Of a stretch of DNA of 37,683 nucleotides, positions 34,052-37,683 are shown one piece after another. The notes under the pieces were generated by a model. It was not told where the DNA came from, searched no databases, and saw nothing but the letters and a program-made list of their open reading frames with translations. A program made the position numbers and the translations under genes. Source of the DNA: a virus (Duplodnaviria; Caudoviricetes); IMG/VR virus record IMGVR_UViG_3300027627_000010, positions 1 through 37,683 of that record; one strand, 5' to 3'. Within the stretch, counting starts at the first letter, position 1; the number at the start of each line of letters is the position of its first letter.

Positions 34052-35707
34052 GTGGAAGAGAAGATTCCAGTTGGAGTCCCGAAGCAATGGGATGAGATGA
34101 CGGGGAAAGAGAAGATAGCGGAGCGTGAACGGTTGAGGTTAGATTTGAGGGCTAGACGTGTGGCGCAGATGGGGAGAGCTAGGGCAGTGCGGAATGCGAA
34201 CCTCAAGGTTGAGACGGACGAGAAAGAGAAGGCGAAGAAGATTGCGGCAGATGAAGCGAAGAGAGCAAAGAAAGAGGAGAAGAAAGCAGGGGAAGAACTG
34301 ACGCAACAGTTAGGGGTTGGAGACGGTAAGTTTCAGCTAGAAAACTTCCCAGAACTCTTCTTGGGCTTTGTCCCGTACAAATGGCAGAAAGATGTGTTGG
34401 GAGCATTGAACAAGAAAGGGTCTAGAGTTGCTCTCAAGGCAGCGAATGGGTCAGGTAAAACAAGTATCGTTGCTGCGGCTGCTGTGGTTTGGCATCTACT
34501 ACGCTTTCCAGAATCCCTAGTGGTATCTACAGCGGGAGTGTATCGGCAAGTGGAAGACCAGCTTTGGCCGAGGATTAGGAAGTATGTGACAGGACTAGGC
34601 GGAGCAGAGGCAGGATGGGAAGTGTTCTCAAGTGAGTTGCGGTACGCTAATGGAGCTAGAGCGATTGGGTTCTCGACGAATGACGCAGGTAAGTTTGAGG
34701 GCTGGCACAAGCAAGGGCCGAGCGAGAATCTGCTGATGATTGTTGATGAAGCTAAGACAGTTCCAGATGCAATCTTTGAAGCCATAGAGAGGTGTCAGCC
34801 AAGTAGGTTGCTGATGATGAGCAGCCCCGGCTCAACCTCTGGAGCATTCTACAAGGCGTTTACGAAGGAGGCTGCGTTATGGCAGACATTCACAGTCACA
34901 GCATTTGATTGTCCGCATCTGAGTAAGGAATGGATTGATCAACAGATTGAGAAGTGGGGGTCAGGTCATCCACTGATTAGGAGCATGATTTATGGAGAGT
35001 TCATGGACGGCAGCAACGAAGCACTCATCATCCAACCGCAAACGTTACAAAAGGCGTTGTCAAAGTTGCCGGACATTGAACCCGGCGGACGTGCTGCTTT
35101 CTGTGATTTTGCAGCAGGCGGTGACGAGAACGTGTTCGCGTTGCGGGTGGGTAACGACATTAAAGTTCTTACATCATGGCGTGACAGAGATACAGTCTCG
35201 GCCATCGGACGCTTCATTGTTGAGTTCAAGAAAGAAAACCTAAAAGCAGATGAGATATATGCGGATGCCGGTGGCATGGGCATTCCTATGTGCGATATGC
35301 TTAGGGAAGCAGGGTACGATGTTCATAGGGTGAACAACGGAGACAGAGCCTACAACGACGATCAGTTCGCTAATAGAGGCTCAGAGCTTTGGTTCAATGC
35401 GGCAAGGCAGATTGAGAAGAATGACATACGCCTGCCGCAAGACGAGCTTCTGTTCACACAACTTACCACACGCAGAGCTAAGACAAATATCCGAGGCAAA
35501 CTCATGGCAGAACCGAAGGATGAAATGCGGCAGCGCGGGTTAGGTTCACCGGATAGAGCAGACGCAGTTGTCGGAGCTATCTCATGCGGGACAGGTGCAA
35601 TGAAGCGAGGGTCAGGTGGTCGTTCACTTTTCTCATTGATTAAGGAACAGACAGATATGGATATGCAGGGAGAGACAGCAGAACTTGCGGGAGCTTGGTG
35701 CGGATAG
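34052..35707 (+). CDS. terL: Terminase large subunit
   Basis: PYKWQ, Walker A AANGSGKT, Walker B LLMIVDEA, SSP coupling motif, nuclease motifs CDFAAGGD and SPDRADA. Confidence 0.95.
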   Translation: MEEKIPVGVPKQWDEMTGKEKIAERERLRLDLRARRVAQMGRARAVRNANLKVETDEKEKAKKIAADEAKRAKKEEKKAGEELTQQLGVGDGKFQLENFPELFLGFVPYKWQKDVLGALNKKGSRVALKAANGSGKTSIVAAAAVVWHLLRFPESLVVSTAGVYRQVEDQLWPRIRKYVTGLGGAEAGWEVFSSELRYANGARAIGFSTNDAGKFEGWHKQGPSENLLMIVDEAKTVPDAIFEAIERCQPSRLLMMSSPGSTSGAFYKAFTKEAALWQTFTVTAFDCPHLSKEWIDQQIEKWGSGHPLIRSMIYGEFMDGSNEALIIQPQTLQKALSKLPDIEPGGRAAFCDFAAGGDENVFALRVGNDIKVLTSWRDRDTVSAIGRFIVEFKKENLKADEIYADAGGMGIPMCDMLREAGYDVHRVNNGDRAYNDDQFANRGSELWFNAARQIEKNDIRLPQDELLFTQLTTRRAKTNIRGKLMAEPKDEMRQRGLGSPDRADAVVGAISCGTGAMKRGSGGRSLFSLIKEQTDMDMQGETAELAGAWCG

Positions 35708-35850
35708 TTCTTGTCAATCTAAGATTTGAGAGTTACAAGTTCAAAGGATTTGTTCCCTGACGGCATAGAGCGGTGGGATGTCCACTGACAGGCTTTTTCG
35801 TTGAGAAGCGTTTTGGCCTCATTTGAACACGCAGGGAGCCTTTTAAATTT

Positions 35851-37683
35851 ATGGCCGATAACGAGAAGCGTAATAAGCTGCATAGCGCAATCCTAGAGGA
35901 TTTGAACAAGCGCACTGCTTGGGAGCAGCGTCAGGTGATGTGGTACGAGATGCGGCACAACGGTCTGCGCCGAAAGAATAAACCATGGCCTAATGCCGCC
36001 GACCTTCACTGGCCTCTCATCGATACCAATATCGAGAAGCTTAAGCCGGTATTGTTCCAGCAGATTGTCGGCATGGATGTGGTGAGTTCCTTCATTCCAA
36101 TGCGGCAACAGCTTGCGTCATTCACGACGACTGCAGAGCAATGGTTCGACTTTAAGATTAAGGAAAAGACCAACCTCGCCACAGAAGCATTGTCGTGGAT
36201 TGATAATGGTTTGGTTGCCGGTCGAGCAGTGATGAAGTGCTTCTGGGATGTGGAACGTAAACAGGTTCGATTCGATGCCGTCAATCCGATGTTCATCATT
36301 GTTCCGAGTTACACCACAGACTTGCAGAGCGCAGATCGCATTGTTCATGTGATGCCGATGAGTGAGGCTGCATACATTTCTAGTGGCCGATATGATACCA
36401 ACAAGGAGTTGATTAAGAAGATTAAGGGCAGTGGCGATTCGGAGAGTGGCACAGATAGCGAGCAGCGTCAGACCAAGCAGACCCGCGAAGGTATCACTCA
36501 CGATACTGAAGGTGAAAAGATTATCGTGTGGGAAGTGTACGAGCGGCAGGGGATGAAGTGGACTGTTTCAACCTACAGCCCTAACGATCCTGACACAGAC
36601 TTGCGCGATCCGATGGAGCTTCCCTACGACCACGGTAAGGTTCCTTTTGCTGACTATTGCTACGAGGTTAAGGACAAGGGTTGGTATTCTCCTCGCGGTG
36701 TGTGCGAGATTCTTGCCCCCTACGAGATGAGCTTGTGCAATACGTGGAATCATAAGCACGATGCAATGGCGTTGTTTAACAAGCCGATGTTCCGCGCTGA
36801 ACGCGACATTCCGAACAGCACAAACATTCGGATGATGCCCGGACAGATTCTCCCTTTTGGTGTTGCCCCAGTCCAATCCCCGCAACCTCCAATCTCTTTT
36901 GACCAAGAGATGACCAGCGTTCGTCAAGTGGCAGAGCAACGTATCGGTAATCCCGATTACGGTATGGGACAGGTAGTCAACACATCCAATCGCCGTACGG
37001 CCACGGAAATCGAGGCCATCAACGCTCAGACTGCCCAGACAGGCGACCTTCGGGCGCGACTGTTTCGCATCGCGTTAGGCGAACTCTACAAGCAGGCTTG
37101 GGGATTGTATCTCCAGTATGACAAGAAAGATTTGCAGTTCCGTTATCTGCAAGACTCGATGGAGATTGACCCGGAAGCTTTGCACGACGAATACTTCCTT
37201 GAACCCAAGGGCGGCATTGATCAGGTGAGCAAACAGTTCCTGATGCAGAAAGCTGTGCAACGGAAACAAATCTTTGCTCAATCACCTTGGATTGACCAAG
37301 CGGAACTCGACAAGTCTATCCTCGAACTGGATGACCCTTCGCTCATCAAGCGCGTGTTTAAAGATCCGAACGAGAAGATGCAAGACCAGTCCGAGGACGA
37401 GATGCGCGGCATTCCAGCTATGCTTATAGGATCTCCGCTTCGCGTTCAGCAAGGACAAGATTACCAGACACGTCTCGGTGTGCTGATGCAGTATGTGCAG
37501 AAAGAATCGGGAACAGGACGCCAACTTCCACCAGAGGGTGTGCAGCGAATCATGGAACGCATTGAAGGCCTTCTTAAGGGTATGGAAAGTATTGATATGA
37601 ATGGGGCGCGCAAGCTTCGCAAAGAAATTGAAGGGTTTTTTGCTCAAGCGCAGAAGGCTCAGGCCCAGCCGCAGCAGGAAGGG
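35851..37683 (+). CDS. Portal protein (P22-like), runs off the window end; missing from the ORF track
   Basis: Open frame from ATG 35851 (MADNEKRNKLHSAILEDL...KPWPNAA...LPYDHGKVPF...RRTATEI...) with no stop to 37683; it ends at 653 via the terminal repeat. Confidence 0.92.
   Translation, partial: MADNEKRNKLHSAILEDLNKRTAWEQRQVMWYEMRHNGLRRKNKPWPNAADLHWPLIDTNIEKLKPVLFQQIVGMDVVSSFIPMRQQLASFTTTAEQWFDFKIKEKTNLATEALSWIDNGLVAGRAVMKCFWDVERKQVRFDAVNPMFIIVPSYTTDLQSADRIVHVMPMSEAAYISSGRYDTNKELIKKIKGSGDSESGTDSEQRQTKQTREGITHDTEGEKIIVWEVYERQGMKWTVSTYSPNDPDTDLRDPMELPYDHGKVPFADYCYEVKDKGWYSPRGVCEILAPYEMSLCNTWNHKHDAMALFNKPMFRAERDIPNSTNIRMMPGQILPFGVAPVQSPQPPISFDQEMTSVRQVAEQRIGNPDYGMGQVVNTSNRRTATEIEAINAQTAQTGDLRARLFRIALGELYKQAWGLYLQYDKKDLQFRYLQDSMEIDPEALHDEYFLEPKGGIDQVSKQFLMQKAVQRKQIFAQSPWIDQAELDKSILELDDPSLIKRVFKDPNEKMQDQSEDEMRGIPAMLIGSPLRVQQGQDYQTRLGVLMQYVQKESGTGRQLPPEGVQRIMERIEGLLKGMESIDMNGARKLRKEIEGFFAQAQKAQAQPQQEG
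37130..37683. repeat. Terminal direct repeat, right copy
   Basis: About 98% identical to 1-554. Confidence 0.97.

Noticed and set aside
35733-37647. Minus-strand ORFs listed over the right end
   Set aside because: They are antisense shadows of the portal gene.

Overview
The window is essentially a complete circularised tailed-phage genome of about 37,129 bp; bases 1-554 recur, with 11 substitutions, at 37130-37683. It has P22/N4-like podovirus architecture. The + strand carries terS, terL, a portal that wraps the window ends and is missed by the ORF track, scaffold, an N4-gp56-type major capsid, repeat-rich tail fibres, a membrane/lipoprotein lysis cluster, tail tube proteins, three ejection proteins and a metallophosphoesterase cluster. 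The - strand carries early and middle genes: a histone-fold protein, ERF and a PD-(D/E)XK nuclease, QueC with a TGT/DpdA-like protein, an SSB-like protein, a DnaA C-terminal HTH, RusA and a Mom-like GNAT. I see no integrase, polymerase, primase, helicase or endolysin. The top observation is a full-length, CCA-ending tRNA-Gly-like cloverleaf (24901-24976, -) with an 8-nt anticodon loop and a bulged T-stem. It is embedded in frame in the 5' part of the Mom-like adenine-modification gene, a family reported to use glycyl-tRNA(Gly) as donor. Other highlights are a RusA whose two halves lie in two overlapping frames, a type II hammerhead ribozyme among the early genes, a phage histone, and a tandem-pseudoknot leader before the scaffold gene. 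All calls come from motif reading by eye; no database searches were run.
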